Shown here: one piece after another, positions 10,343-19,669 of the stretch
How positions within the stretch are numbered: position 1 is the first letter of the stretch
Layout of the letters: each line of letters opens with the position of its first letter
Virus record (IMG/VR): IMGVR_UViG_3300033153_006411
Coordinates: 19,135-83,134 of that record
Length of the DNA stretch: 64,000 bases
Source: a virus
Reading direction: 5' to 3' (one strand)
The notes under the pieces: model-generated
Database searches by the model: none
The model's input: the letters and a program-made list of their open reading frames with translations, nothing else
Told to the model about the DNA's origin: nothing
Made by a program: the position numbers and the translations under genes

Positions 10343-11968
10343 ATGCTACGTACAAAATCATCAAGTTGGTTCATTCCATTCTGCTTTGTCGGAGCGTTGA
10401 TAGGTATAATTCTCACGACCGGTCACTCTCCTGCCGCCCAACTCCGCTACGACACCAGTTCTCAACTGAATTACGGCGAACAATTCCAACGGGTACTCGA
10501 TGCAATACGTGGCAATAGCGTTAATGCCGAGGCAGTAAAATCAGAGGAAGATTTATTCAATATTGCCGTCGATGCCATTTTGGAAAAAATTGGTGATAAG
10601 CACGGAAGATATTTTTCCGCTGAAGAATACCAACGGTTACAAGGCGACCTTCGACCTGCAAATTATACCGGTGTGGGGATTCAAATTGCTCCCGGCGCAG
10701 GTGGTGCCATTATTCTCAACATATTTGACAATTCTCCATTGCATAACATGGGCGTTAGAGTAGGTGATTTAATCACCGCTGCTGGTTCTCTGGGTGAACC
10801 GATGGTTGAATACGATCCAGAAGACCTGATGGTAATCGTAACCGCAATTAAAGGACGGGCAGGGACGGATGTTATATTAAACACCAGACGTGGAACTCGG
10901 AACCTTCCGCCTATTACTGTTCCACGAATACAGACTAGAAATCAATACGTGTATATGAAACGTTCCGAGACCGGAGTTCTCACAATACGAGTGACACAGT
11001 TTTCCGGTTCAGTCATCGGTGATATCAAATCTATGCTATCAGATCGAGGGTGGTTAGGTAGAAACGACGTGCTGGATACGAGTATTATCAAAGGTGTGGT
11101 TTTGGATTTGCGGGGTAATCCCGGTGGTATATTGGGTCAAGCGGTATACGTTAGTGATTTGTTTCTCCCAAAGGACGTATCAGCAGTTCGCGTCATCGAG
11201 CGCCCCGAAGTTGAAGGCGGACCGGCTATGGCGTATAATTACCTAACTGCTGACGAAAGAATGTTCCCTGTTGATATTCCACGAGTAATATTGATAAACG
11301 GCGGTTCGGCGTCTGCATCGGAAATCGTTGCCGGAGCAGTACAAACACATGCCGAAGGTCTCATCATGGGTATTAAATCCTACGGTAAAGGTTCGGTGCA
11401 AACTGTCATTGATTTGCCCGGAGGAACCGGCATTAAAACCACCTCGGCTATCTACTTTGCGGGTGGCACCATGGAAATCGATGGTATCGGAGTAATGCCT
11501 GATGCTGTAGTTCTTCAACCCGACCCTATCGGACTGAGTGCCGACGACAAGAGTTTCAATGGTCACCTTATAAAGATTTCAATGGACCCCGAAATGGATC
11601 ACCAATTGAATGTGGCTCATACTTACATCAATGCATTTATCAGTGGTGAGCATGTATTGGACGTACCGGAATCACGACAGGCTGCGGAAAACAAAGCACA
11701 CGGTGCTGAAACCAAACTCATAAACATTTGCGACCAACGGGGACTTCGGGGTTGTCCACCAGTGGATATCACATTATTCGAAAACATTGATCACGGTTCG
11801 TTTTTATCAGATACGGATGCTGCGGGTTGGATGTGTTACCCAGACGAAGGAGAAACCGAGTGGGACGACATGTCATTTCTGGATGGCTACGGCATAAGTG
11901 ATTTATTCAGCCTTTCTTTATCGGGCCAAATGTGTCCAAATGACGAAATAACATTTACGTTGGAATAA
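10343..11968 (+). CDS. carboxyl-terminal processing protease, S41A (CtpA/Prc-like) with PDZ domain
   Basis: N-terminal TM/signal, GVGI PDZ loop, LDLRGNPGG, SASASEIV (catalytic Ser), SYGKGSVQ (catalytic Lys). Confidence 0.93.
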   Translation: MLRTKSSSWFIPFCFVGALIGIILTTGHSPAAQLRYDTSSQLNYGEQFQRVLDAIRGNSVNAEAVKSEEDLFNIAVDAILEKIGDKHGRYFSAEEYQRLQGDLRPANYTGVGIQIAPGAGGAIILNIFDNSPLHNMGVRVGDLITAAGSLGEPMVEYDPEDLMVIVTAIKGRAGTDVILNTRRGTRNLPPITVPRIQTRNQYVYMKRSETGVLTIRVTQFSGSVIGDIKSMLSDRGWLGRNDVLDTSIIKGVVLDLRGNPGGILGQAVYVSDLFLPKDVSAVRVIERPEVEGGPAMAYNYLTADERMFPVDIPRVILINGGSASASEIVAGAVQTHAEGLIMGIKSYGKGSVQTVIDLPGGTGIKTTSAIYFAGGTMEIDGIGVMPDAVVLQPDPIGLSADDKSFNGHLIKISMDPEMDHQLNVAHTYINAFISGEHVLDVPESRQAAENKAHGAETKLINICDQRGLRGCPPVDITLFENIDHGSFLSDTDAAGWMCYPDEGETEWDDMSFLDGYGISDLFSLSLSGQMCPNDEITFTLE

Positions 11969-12702
11969 TGTCGAAGTTCCCAACAATCAAGACAATCGAC
12001 GACGTACTGCCGTTCGTCAAGCATCACGAAGAGTTCACCGTGACTGAACATCAATGGGGTATATCAATTGATTACCAGACACCAGATGTAACCACGTTCA
12101 ATACCCCACAGGCGAGAGAATGTCGCGGCATAAAATTCCGCTTGGACGGTAGTCTTCTAGCTCGCCCTTATCACAAGTTCTTCAATATCGGTGGTTCGCG
12201 AATGCGCACTGAAGCATTGATTGCGTCAGGGCGCTTCGACAACAAACACACTATCCTCTATATGCCGCATGGCTCGATGATTCACCCAATCGTTCATAAT
12301 GACACGGTGTTCTTTTGCACCCGCTCGGGGATCACTGACGTAGCTGAGCAAGCACTCAGGTTTGTCACGCCTGTCCACGACTCACAGAACGCCGGACCGT
12401 GGTGTACGGATTTCTGCTATGATTTGGCAAAATCAAATCTCACAGCAATTTTTGAATGGTGCCCCCAAGTTGAACCCGTTCAAAAATATCCAGCAAACAG
12501 GCTAGTACTGACCGCTATCCGTACAAATCAAACTGGGGAATACCTCAGCTATGACAGCATGCGAGCACTAGCCGGTTCGTACTATATTCCTATGATCGGT
12601 TCCTTCGATGGCGACTGGACAGACGTTGCGAAAAATGAAAGTTATGTCATTCGGTGGAATGATGGTATGATGGGTAAACTCAGAAATAATCGCGGAAAAT
12701 GA
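11968..12702 (+). CDS. T4 RNA ligase 1-like protein, apparently lacking the catalytic lysine
   Basis: RECRGIKF, ARPYHKFFN, TAIFEW and LVLTAIR are Rnl1 hallmarks; motif I reads YMPHGS instead of EKxDGS. Confidence 0.75.
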   Translation: MSKFPTIKTIDDVLPFVKHHEEFTVTEHQWGISIDYQTPDVTTFNTPQARECRGIKFRLDGSLLARPYHKFFNIGGSRMRTEALIASGRFDNKHTILYMPHGSMIHPIVHNDTVFFCTRSGITDVAEQALRFVTPVHDSQNAGPWCTDFCYDLAKSNLTAIFEWCPQVEPVQKYPANRLVLTAIRTNQTGEYLSYDSMRALAGSYYIPMIGSFDGDWTDVAKNESYVIRWNDGMMGKLRNNRGK

Positions 12703-12703
12703 T

Positions 12704-12952
12704 ATGGATTTAAGCAATTACGGAGAAGATATTTTGACTGCTGATGGGTTGGACGATGCCATAATCGGTGTCGGTACCCGATGTGGTCAACCACCCATTG
12801 CAGTGTACGATGTATCGAAGGTGCTTGACATTCTCGTGGATCGCGACGGCATGACATATGAAGAAGCTGAAGAATACTTCGGTTTCAATATCGAAGGAGC
12901 GTGGGTCGGGGGACAAACCCCAATCTGGCTTCGCGTACCAGAGCAAGACTAA
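12704..12952 (+). CDS. conserved-looking phage hypothetical protein
   Basis: ADGLDDAIIG...MTYEEAEEYFGFNI.GAWVG pattern common in phages. Confidence 0.7.
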   Translation: MDLSNYGEDILTADGLDDAIIGVGTRCGQPPIAVYDVSKVLDILVDRDGMTYEEAEEYFGFNIEGAWVGGQTPIWLRVPEQD

Positions 12953-12969
12953 CTCACTAGGAGAAAGAA

Positions 12970-13161
12970 ATGAACTACGACGACCACGAAGATTTTAACA
13001 AGCATAGATTACCACATGAAGCAACGAAAGAATTCGCGAATGCTCGTGCCGCAGTGTACGACAACGCCAATGCAGTTTTTGCTGGCGGCACCCGAGATGG
13101 TATTGCTGCCCTCGTATTGGGTGGTACACTTTATCTAATAGCTAGTGCCTTACTTCTGTAA
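12970..13161 (+). CDS. hypothetical protein with C-terminal TM segment
   Basis: AGGAG RBS, hydrophobic C-terminus. Confidence 0.55.
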   Translation: MNYDDHEDFNKHRLPHEATKEFANARAAVYDNANAVFAGGTRDGIAALVLGGTLYLIASALLL

Positions 13162-13529
13162 TGAATACTGATATATTGATGACATCCATATGCATCGTTT
13201 TGGCTATGGTGGCGATATATGTGATCCTCATCAGGAAGCATGCATCCAAAGATGAACGTGCCCGCGTCGAACGAACGTTGTATGCATCAGCCGGTGAAAT
13301 TGTTACGTGCCTGAACGGACATGAGATATGTGAGTTGGCTAAGGATATTTTTGTAGCTGACTTAATCAGTGTTAGTCAGTTCAAAAACTGGCGTCACCAA
13401 CCACAGCCACAGCCGCATGATCCAATAACACCGTGTATGGTATGTAGAGCGCCCTATGTTAACTCAACTACAGCGTATGGTGGAACACAGTTGCACATCG
13501 ATGGCGAGTGGAGAACCACCCGCTCTTAA
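13161..13529 (+). CDS. membrane-anchored Cys/His-containing hypothetical protein
   Basis: N-terminal TM; CxxxHxxC and CxxC. Confidence 0.55.
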   Translation: MNTDILMTSICIVLAMVAIYVILIRKHASKDERARVERTLYASAGEIVTCLNGHEICELAKDIFVADLISVSQFKNWRHQPQPQPHDPITPCMVCRAPYVNSTTAYGGTQLHIDGEWRTTRS

Positions 13530-14398
13530 AGTCCTGCGTTGTAATGTGCAAGGATTCGGGCATCGGGTAGCATGTAGTTGTAGATAGCTATGTTATCGTA
13601 CTGGCCATCCGTCCGCGAAAAACTATCAAACGATGTATAACCAACTCTGAAAAATGTTTGGTTACCACCCCCATTATAACCAGTGGCGTAACCCACAGTA
13701 TCATATTCTACCCCATCGATCCAGAATGTAATCGTTTTCGCTAATCCGTTCCGTGTGGTAACAATATGATGAACGGTGTTGAGTGATAACTGCGCCGTCG
13801 CCGATGTCGTGACTATTGGCGAGCGAACATTGATTTCGTGATAGGCTCCGAGATGACCGGTGGAATTCACCGTTAAACTCCATAAGGCATTGTATTGAGC
13901 CTGTGGTAGGTTCGTCTGTGTACCACAGTGCACTATATGGTTCCGATCATTCAATGCACCACTTCCGCCACTAAAAGTATCCAACTTAACCCAACATTCA
14001 ATGCTCATGTAGCTTATTAACTGCAAGAGATTTTGACCAGTCTGAATCAGGTGCCCTCCATTGTAGGTGGTGGGTGGGACGATATCTGCATTTGCTCCGG
14101 GAAAATCATATACTCCTCCCCCATCATTGACCAATCCGGGGAGGCCGTTAGGACCAGCACCGGGAAGAAGAGGTGGTGAAGGATTACCAGAAGTGAGCCG
14201 TGCATCAAATCCTGTACTCCGCTCGTGACCGGTCACTTGAGCTATGAATGCATTAGGTCCAGAATCAGTCGTAAATGTACCGCCAATGCCCCACGCATCG
14301 TTCAATTCGTAAAAGACGACAGGATTATCAGCAAGCACCTCGTCAGAAGCCGAGATCGTAGGCTGATTGACCATATGCGCTGTGATGCCCGCGTGCAT
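13526..14398 (-). CDS. LamG/concanavalin A-like lectin domain protein (receptor-binding/tail-associated)
   Basis: VLADNPVVFYEL, MSIECWVK, HHIVTTR, DGQYDNIAIYNYML...ILAHYNAG; start codon overlaps the stop of the upstream fibre gene. Confidence 0.8.
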   Translation of the reverse strand: MHAGITAHMVNQPTISASDEVLADNPVVFYELNDAWGIGGTFTTDSGPNAFIAQVTGHERSTGFDARLTSGNPSPPLLPGAGPNGLPGLVNDGGGVYDFPGANADIVPPTTYNGGHLIQTGQNLLQLISYMSIECWVKLDTFSGGSGALNDRNHIVHCGTQTNLPQAQYNALWSLTVNSTGHLGAYHEINVRSPIVTTSATAQLSLNTVHHIVTTRNGLAKTITFWIDGVEYDTVGYATGYNGGGNQTFFRVGYTSFDSFSRTDGQYDNIAIYNYMLPDARILAHYNAGL

Positions 14399-16302
14399 TA
14401 TACAGGCACCAAGTTGCCGAACAATGTCCAAGTAGTGGTGGTCACTTTAAGAGCCGTTGCTACTGCATATTGCCCGTTCAATACTAGAGTTAAGTTTGCA
14501 TTAACATTTAGCGTATCGGTGTCTATTGCTACCGTTGTTGCTCCCGCTCCCAGTTGTTGAAAATGGATTTCTGTTCCTATAGGATATGCAACAGAAGCAT
14601 TGGATGGAAGTGTCACTGTGTTTGCACCTGCATTGTCCATTGTAACCATTTTACCAGAGTGTCCCAATGTAAACGCACCGGGTCCATATGACACTCCTGT
14701 TTGTATTTCGAATTCAAGTTTTGCGTCTATACCACCATTCACAACTAGCGTAGACCCATCCCATGTGAAGTTCGGGTCACCTTCGAGTGTTCCGTCACCG
14801 GTCCATACACCGATCTGATTATTAACAGGGGTGCCTACCTTTATTACATCACCAGCACCCGCTACAGTCTGCCATGTTGCAGTGGTTGCACTAGTGGCTA
14901 CTAGAGTCTGTCCAATTGTTGGGGGTATTGCGGCGTCTACATTTACGTCTGCACCAGTAGTGGCTAGGTCGGAAGCTGCACCGACATCCTGCCATGTTGC
15001 AGTGGTTGCACTAGTGGCTATTAGAAACTGTCCGATTGTTGGGGGTGCGGCGAGGTCTATGTTTACGTCTGCACCACTCGTGGCTAGGTCGGAAGCCGCA
15101 GCGCCACTAGCTGTGAGATCGATACCATTCCAAGTAATAGTACCGCCATCGTTATATAATTTGTCTGTTGTAACAGTTGGGGCTGTTTGGGAAGGAATAA
15201 CAATAGCACCGGAAGAACCACCACCAGCACCAGCGCCCGGGGTTAGTGTCACGTTACCACCAGCCGCTATTCCGAGTGCATCACCAGCAGTCACGTTAAC
15301 GTCACCACCGACACCACTCAATTGCGGTAGACCGCCGAGGATGTTAACGTCACCACCACCACCAGTACCAGTACCACCAGCACCACCGATAACAGACGCA
15401 GCACCACCAGCACCGTTGGAAGTATCACCTTCACCACCGGTTATGGAGATCGCACCACCAGTATTTGCGGCACCAACGCCAGCACCGGCAGTCAATGAAA
15501 TTGGGGCACCGTCGGCGGCAACAGAAGCACCGGGGTTGATTATTACTTCACCACCAATACCTGTTGTGGAGTCACCACCAGTAATCGCAACTGCACCACC
15601 AGCGGCGGCAGTACCAACACCACCTGTAATGGATACGCTACCACCAACATTACCAGTACCAGAATCACCAGCACCGATGGACACAAGTCCACCCAGTCCG
15701 ATTGCAGCATCACCAGCAGCAAGAACAACACTACCACCAATACCAGCAGCAGCACCACCAGCACCAGCAGTCAAGCCGATATCACCGCCGTTACCATTGG
15801 TACCACCATCACCGGTTACGAAGTTCATAGTACCACCAGCGGCGGCTATGTTGCCGTCACCAGTTGTGACCGTGAACCCGACACCAGTATTACCGGCATT
15901 GCCAGTAGGGGTTTCGATATCGAATCCCGCAGTGGACCAATTGAGAACAGAAGCGGGCACAACATAGGTGCCAGAGTTATCACCCATGGTGAATGCGATA
16001 ATGTTATCATCGACACCCGTGAAGTTTTCGACATAAATTTGGGTGTTGAGATCGGCGTCTTCTAGTTTGGACAGTACGACACCACTAACACCAGCTAGGA
16101 TAGCCCAACCACCACTGTATATTTCGAAGTCACCAAAGTCAGTGTTGTACCGCATCATGCCATTGGTTGGTGAGGCAGGGCGTTGAGCCGTGCCACCAAC
16201 TGGGATGGTCATCGAGGTAGTCCCGGGCAATTCAACGAGAGTTTCACCCGAGGCTGCAATAGTAGGCCAGAGTGTATCTCTCCAGTGGTTTTCTTGTGTC
16301 AT
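14398..16302 (-). CDS. glycine-rich tail fibre/spike protein (paralogue A)
   Basis: GGTAQRP...GMMRYNTD N-terminal fibre motif; repeated GG-x-V-x-I-T-(A/G)-G units. Confidence 0.8.
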   Translation of the reverse strand: MTQENHWRDTLWPTIAASGETLVELPGTTSMTIPVGGTAQRPASPTNGMMRYNTDFGDFEIYSGGWAILAGVSGVVLSKLEDADLNTQIYVENFTGVDDNIIAFTMGDNSGTYVVPASVLNWSTAGFDIETPTGNAGNTGVGFTVTTGDGNIAAAGGTMNFVTGDGGTNGNGGDIGLTAGAGGAAAGIGGSVVLAAGDAAIGLGGLVSIGAGDSGTGNVGGSVSITGGVGTAAAGGAVAITGGDSTTGIGGEVIINPGASVAADGAPISLTAGAGVGAANTGGAISITGGEGDTSNGAGGAASVIGGAGGTGTGGGGDVNILGGLPQLSGVGGDVNVTAGDALGIAAGGNVTLTPGAGAGGGSSGAIVIPSQTAPTVTTDKLYNDGGTITWNGIDLTASGAAASDLATSGADVNIDLAAPPTIGQFLIATSATTATWQDVGAASDLATTGADVNVDAAIPPTIGQTLVATSATTATWQTVAGAGDVIKVGTPVNNQIGVWTGDGTLEGDPNFTWDGSTLVVNGGIDAKLEFEIQTGVSYGPGAFTLGHSGKMVTMDNAGANTVTLPSNASVAYPIGTEIHFQQLGAGATTVAIDTDTLNVNANLTLVLNGQYAVATALKVTTTTWTLFGNLVPV

Positions 16303-16356
16303 GATTCATTCCTGTCAATGCTGTAGTATTTACTCATACTTAACACGTTAGCAAGA

Positions 16357-18396
16357 TTAGGCATTTGCCAGAATACCAAAACAAACACGAGCCAATGTAG
16401 AACCCGTATCAGGGGTGGTGTATGTCATTATGAGTTCATCACCTGCGCTAAGGACTAGTGGACCGAGAGCCGCCACGACACCAGTAAGTGATCCGATGGC
16501 GAATGTTATCGTTCCTATTGACGTACCGGGAGCAGTACCACCGGGTGATGCAACATGGAGATCGAATGTCGCCGGAGAAACCGAGGCCGTTGTCAGGGCA
16601 TCACAATAAGCAAAATGTCCACCGGTTCCCAAAGTAATAGTTCGTGGAATCGCCCAACGATGCACGTTTAGACCGGGAGTGGCAGCTACGAGCGAACTTC
16701 CCAAATATGCATTCAGATCATATGGGTGTAGTGCGGCAGCAATTTCGGTATCAACATAATTCATGGTGGCAGCGTCTTGCGCTATTACGGGATCAAGTAC
16801 GTTACCGATTGCAAAGGCACCAGCGTTGATAGCACCAGTCATGGTACCACCAGCCAGTGCTAGGAATGGACCAATAGCAGCAATTCCATCATCAACGTAT
16901 TTCTTGTTCGGCATATCATTATTAGCCAGAACCAGAGCTTCGTAAGATGCCGTTGATGTGGACAATGTACCATCGTCCTCAACCGTGAATCGTGTTGCAC
17001 CACCAGTAGCCATGTTGATAGCACCATGAGGGCTACCTGTACCAGCCGTCAGAGTGATATCGCCAGCAGGAACACCAGTAGCATTGGCAGTAGATATATT
17101 GAAGGCACCAGAGCCACCAGCACCAGAACCAGTGATCGCACTGATATCACCACCAAATTCTCCACCGCCACCACCGCCGTCACCTGCGATAATAGCCAAA
17201 TCACCACCATCACCAGACCCACTACCAGCACCGGATGTAATGGTTAAGGCACCACCAACATCACCATTACCACCAGCACCAGCATTCAAAAGCAATGCAC
17301 CACCTACGCCGGATGTTGTGCCACCGGCACCAGCGGTTACATCGATAGCACCACCAGCGGCTATGCCAAGTGAATCACCAGCAGTAATGTTAACATCACC
17401 ACCAACACCACTCAGTTGCGGCACGCCACCGAGGATGTTAACATCACCACCATCACCAGTACCAGTACCACCAGCACCACCACTAATAGAGACAGTACCA
17501 CCAGTACCAGCCGAAGCATCACCTTCACCACCGGTTACGGAAATTGCACCACCAGAGTTTGCCGCACCAACACCAGCACCCGCGACTAAGCTAATAGGAG
17601 CACCATCCGCAGCAACCGATGCCCCGGTAATAATATTGATCTCGCCGCCAATCCCTGATGTGGAAGCACCACCAATTAAGTTTATAGCCCCACCAGTATT
17701 TGTGGCACCAAGACCAGCCGTAATCGTTACATCACTACCGGGGTTGCCACCGCCAGAATCACCAGCCGAGATAAAAACAGGTCCACCAATACCAGCGGTA
17801 CCATTACCAGCAGCAAACAGTAGACTACCACCGTTACCGAAGGAAGCACCACCTGCACCAGCGATTATATTAATAGGACCACCAGTAGTGTTAGTTCCGC
17901 CACCACCAGTTGTGATATTGATAGCACCACCAGCGAAGGCTGCATCACCTGCACCAGTTGTTACCGTGAATCCGACACCAGCGTTCGAGGAAGCACCGGA
18001 GGGGGTTGTGATTCCGAATCCACTCGTTGACCAGTTAAGTACCGAAGCAGGCATGGTATAGGTGCCAGAATTATCACCCATTGTGAATGCGATAATGTTA
18101 TCATCGACACCCGTGAAATTTTCAACGTAGATTTCGGTGTTGAGGTCGCCGTCTTCTAGTTTGGACAGGGTAACACCAGCAAGAGTAGCCAAGATAGCCC
18201 ATACACCATTATACGCTTCAAAGTCGCCGAGGTCGGTGTTGAACCGCATCATGCCGTTGGCTGGTGAAGCAGGGCGTTCAGACGTGTCGCCGACTGGGAT
18301 AAGTGTAGCAGTGGTTCCGGGCAAATCTACGAGGGTTTCACCCGACGCGTAAATGGTAGGCCAGAGTGTATCTTTCCAATGGTCTTGTTGTGTCAT
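16357..18396 (-). CDS. glycine-rich tail fibre/spike protein (paralogue B)
   Basis: GDTSERP...GMMRFNTD; GGTMTG and DAATMNYVD fibre motifs; N-terminal ~340 aa highly similar to paralogue A. Confidence 0.8.
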   Translation of the reverse strand: MTQQDHWKDTLWPTIYASGETLVDLPGTTATLIPVGDTSERPASPANGMMRFNTDLGDFEAYNGVWAILATLAGVTLSKLEDGDLNTEIYVENFTGVDDNIIAFTMGDNSGTYTMPASVLNWSTSGFGITTPSGASSNAGVGFTVTTGAGDAAFAGGAINITTGGGGTNTTGGPINIIAGAGGASFGNGGSLLFAAGNGTAGIGGPVFISAGDSGGGNPGSDVTITAGLGATNTGGAINLIGGASTSGIGGEINIITGASVAADGAPISLVAGAGVGAANSGGAISVTGGEGDASAGTGGTVSISGGAGGTGTGDGGDVNILGGVPQLSGVGGDVNITAGDSLGIAAGGAIDVTAGAGGTTSGVGGALLLNAGAGGNGDVGGALTITSGAGSGSGDGGDLAIIAGDGGGGGGEFGGDISAITGSGAGGSGAFNISTANATGVPAGDITLTAGTGSPHGAINMATGGATRFTVEDDGTLSTSTASYEALVLANNDMPNKKYVDDGIAAIGPFLALAGGTMTGAINAGAFAIGNVLDPVIAQDAATMNYVDTEIAAALHPYDLNAYLGSSLVAATPGLNVHRWAIPRTITLGTGGHFAYCDALTTASVSPATFDLHVASPGGTAPGTSIGTITFAIGSLTGVVAALGPLVLSAGDELIMTYTTPDTGSTLARVCFGILANA

Positions 18397-18436
18397 GGTC
18401 CGTTCCTGTCAATGTACTACTTATTTACGCGATACT

Positions 18437-18468
18437 TGACACCAAACGGGATTGGGTATATAAATAAG
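18437..18468 (+). promoter_or_regulatory. promoter for tmRNA (TTGACA ... TATAAATA)
   Basis: TTGACA at 18437 followed by TATATAAATA, combining a sigma70 -10 and a T4-late-like box. Confidence 0.6.
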
Positions 18469-18474
18469 ATTACA

Positions 18475-18800
18475 GTTGCTTGAGCGAACCTTGGACGCTC
18501 TGCGGACGCGGGTTCGAATCCCGCCACCTCCACCACTATGGGGGTGCACCGGTTTCGACGTGGTGATGAAAGACAAGTAGTGAGACTGTCGGGTAAGATA
18601 TCCCCGAAAAGATTCAATTAAACTATCAGCAAACGATAGCTTCTATGATGGAGAGTACGCTCTCGCTGCGTAAGCAGGAGGCAGATTCTCAAGCGGTCTA
18701 AACAACCGACACATCCGAGGTGTAATGAGCCTTGTTACCAAAGTACTAGAGAAGGGCAGTTGGCGTTGACCGTGAATACGGACCACTGCCCTTCTCGTTT
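18475..18800 (+). ncRNA. ssrA: circularly permuted (two-piece) tmRNA; tag peptide ANDSFYDGEYALAA
   Basis: the 3' acceptor part GACGCGGGTTCGAATCCCGCCACCTCCACCA (ends 18535) precedes the 5' part GGGGGTGCACCGGTTTCGACG (starts 18540); G3-U70 pair; tag ORF 18629-18673; outer ends approximate. Confidence 0.9.
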
Positions 18801-18867
18801 TCTACCCCTCCGAAACTCCTAAAATGATAAGTACTAATGTGAAAAAATTTACACAGGAGATTCAGTG

Positions 18868-19173
18868 ATGGCTCAAGTCAGTTATGCCACACGTAGGAAG
18901 ATTCGTATCATCGAAAAGGAACTGGGAGCCGACTGGGAAACTCAGCATGCCGGTAAATCGATTGACGCGATCTACAACATCGTTATGGGTGACTTCCGCA
19001 AAAATCTATTTTGCAAAGTAGACCCAGAGACCAAAACAAAATTAGATGAAATGGTCGAATATAATGACATGCAAATGTCATCTTTAGTTGAAAAACTCGT
19101 CCGTGAGGAGTATGATAGGTATACACATGATCGAGATGCACGTGCCGACCATCTAGCATCTCAATTTGCCTAA
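18868..19173 (+). CDS. hypothetical protein, possible ribbon-helix-helix regulator
   Basis: CAGGAG RBS; LFCKVDPETKTKLDEM...SSLVEKLV has an RHH-like pattern. Confidence 0.5.
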   Translation: MAQVSYATRRKIRIIEKELGADWETQHAGKSIDAIYNIVMGDFRKNLFCKVDPETKTKLDEMVEYNDMQMSSLVEKLVREEYDRYTHDRDARADHLASQFA

Positions 19174-19197
19174 TTAATCCGATTCGGAGTTTGGCCT

Positions 19198-19437
19198 ATG
19201 AAAGAAACAGCCCCCTGCCCATGGTGTGATGATGGAGGAAGGCCGTTTCTTTACCTTTCTCGTAAGCCGTTCATGTCATACGCTATGCAATGTAATGTTT
19301 GCTTTTCTCGCGGTCCTCATGTTATTATCAAAGAACGCGACCCCCGTCTGAAAATGAAGGACAGGGAGAAACTTGTCAAACAAGCTCAAGACGAGGCTAC
19401 CGAGAAATGGAACGAGTTATATGAGAAATCCGGCTAG
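19198..19437 (+). CDS. Lar-like zinc-finger protein
   Basis: PCPWC...CNVC..RGP...A...WN, typical of the Lar family. Confidence 0.6.
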   Translation: MKETAPCPWCDDGGRPFLYLSRKPFMSYAMQCNVCFSRGPHVIIKERDPRLKMKDREKLVKQAQDEATEKWNELYEKSG

Positions 19438-19654
19438 AATGCACACCATCATGGGACTGTTGGCTCAGCTATGGGGAAAGAATCCCGACATGAGATTAGT
19501 TCAACTCTGCTACTACGTAGAAGCCGAAAGTGCCAAGCGTTGCGGAGCCGAACCCCGCTCTGATATTTTCTACCTTGACGATGATGACTTTCTGGAGCAA
19601 CTTCAGATTATCCTTGAGAAAGAAATCAAACCAGTTGACCCGTTCTTCATTTAA
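19421..19654 (+). CDS. hypothetical protein (YihD/DUF1040-like)
   Basis: MRNPARM...W.KNPDMRLVQL...DIFYLDD pattern. Confidence 0.55.
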   Translation: MRNPARMHTIMGLLAQLWGKNPDMRLVQLCYYVEAESAKRCGAEPRSDIFYLDDDDFLEQLQIILEKEIKPVDPFFI

Positions 19655-19669
19655 GTCTATATTCCGGCA

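Noticed and set aside
14831-18061. Long Pro-rich + strand ORFs (378 and 335 aa)
   Set aside because: They are antisense shadows of the GGT-rich glycine fibre genes
13526-18396. Diversity-generating retroelement acting on the fibres
   Set aside because: No reverse transcriptase or adenine-specific TR/VR pair was seen in this window
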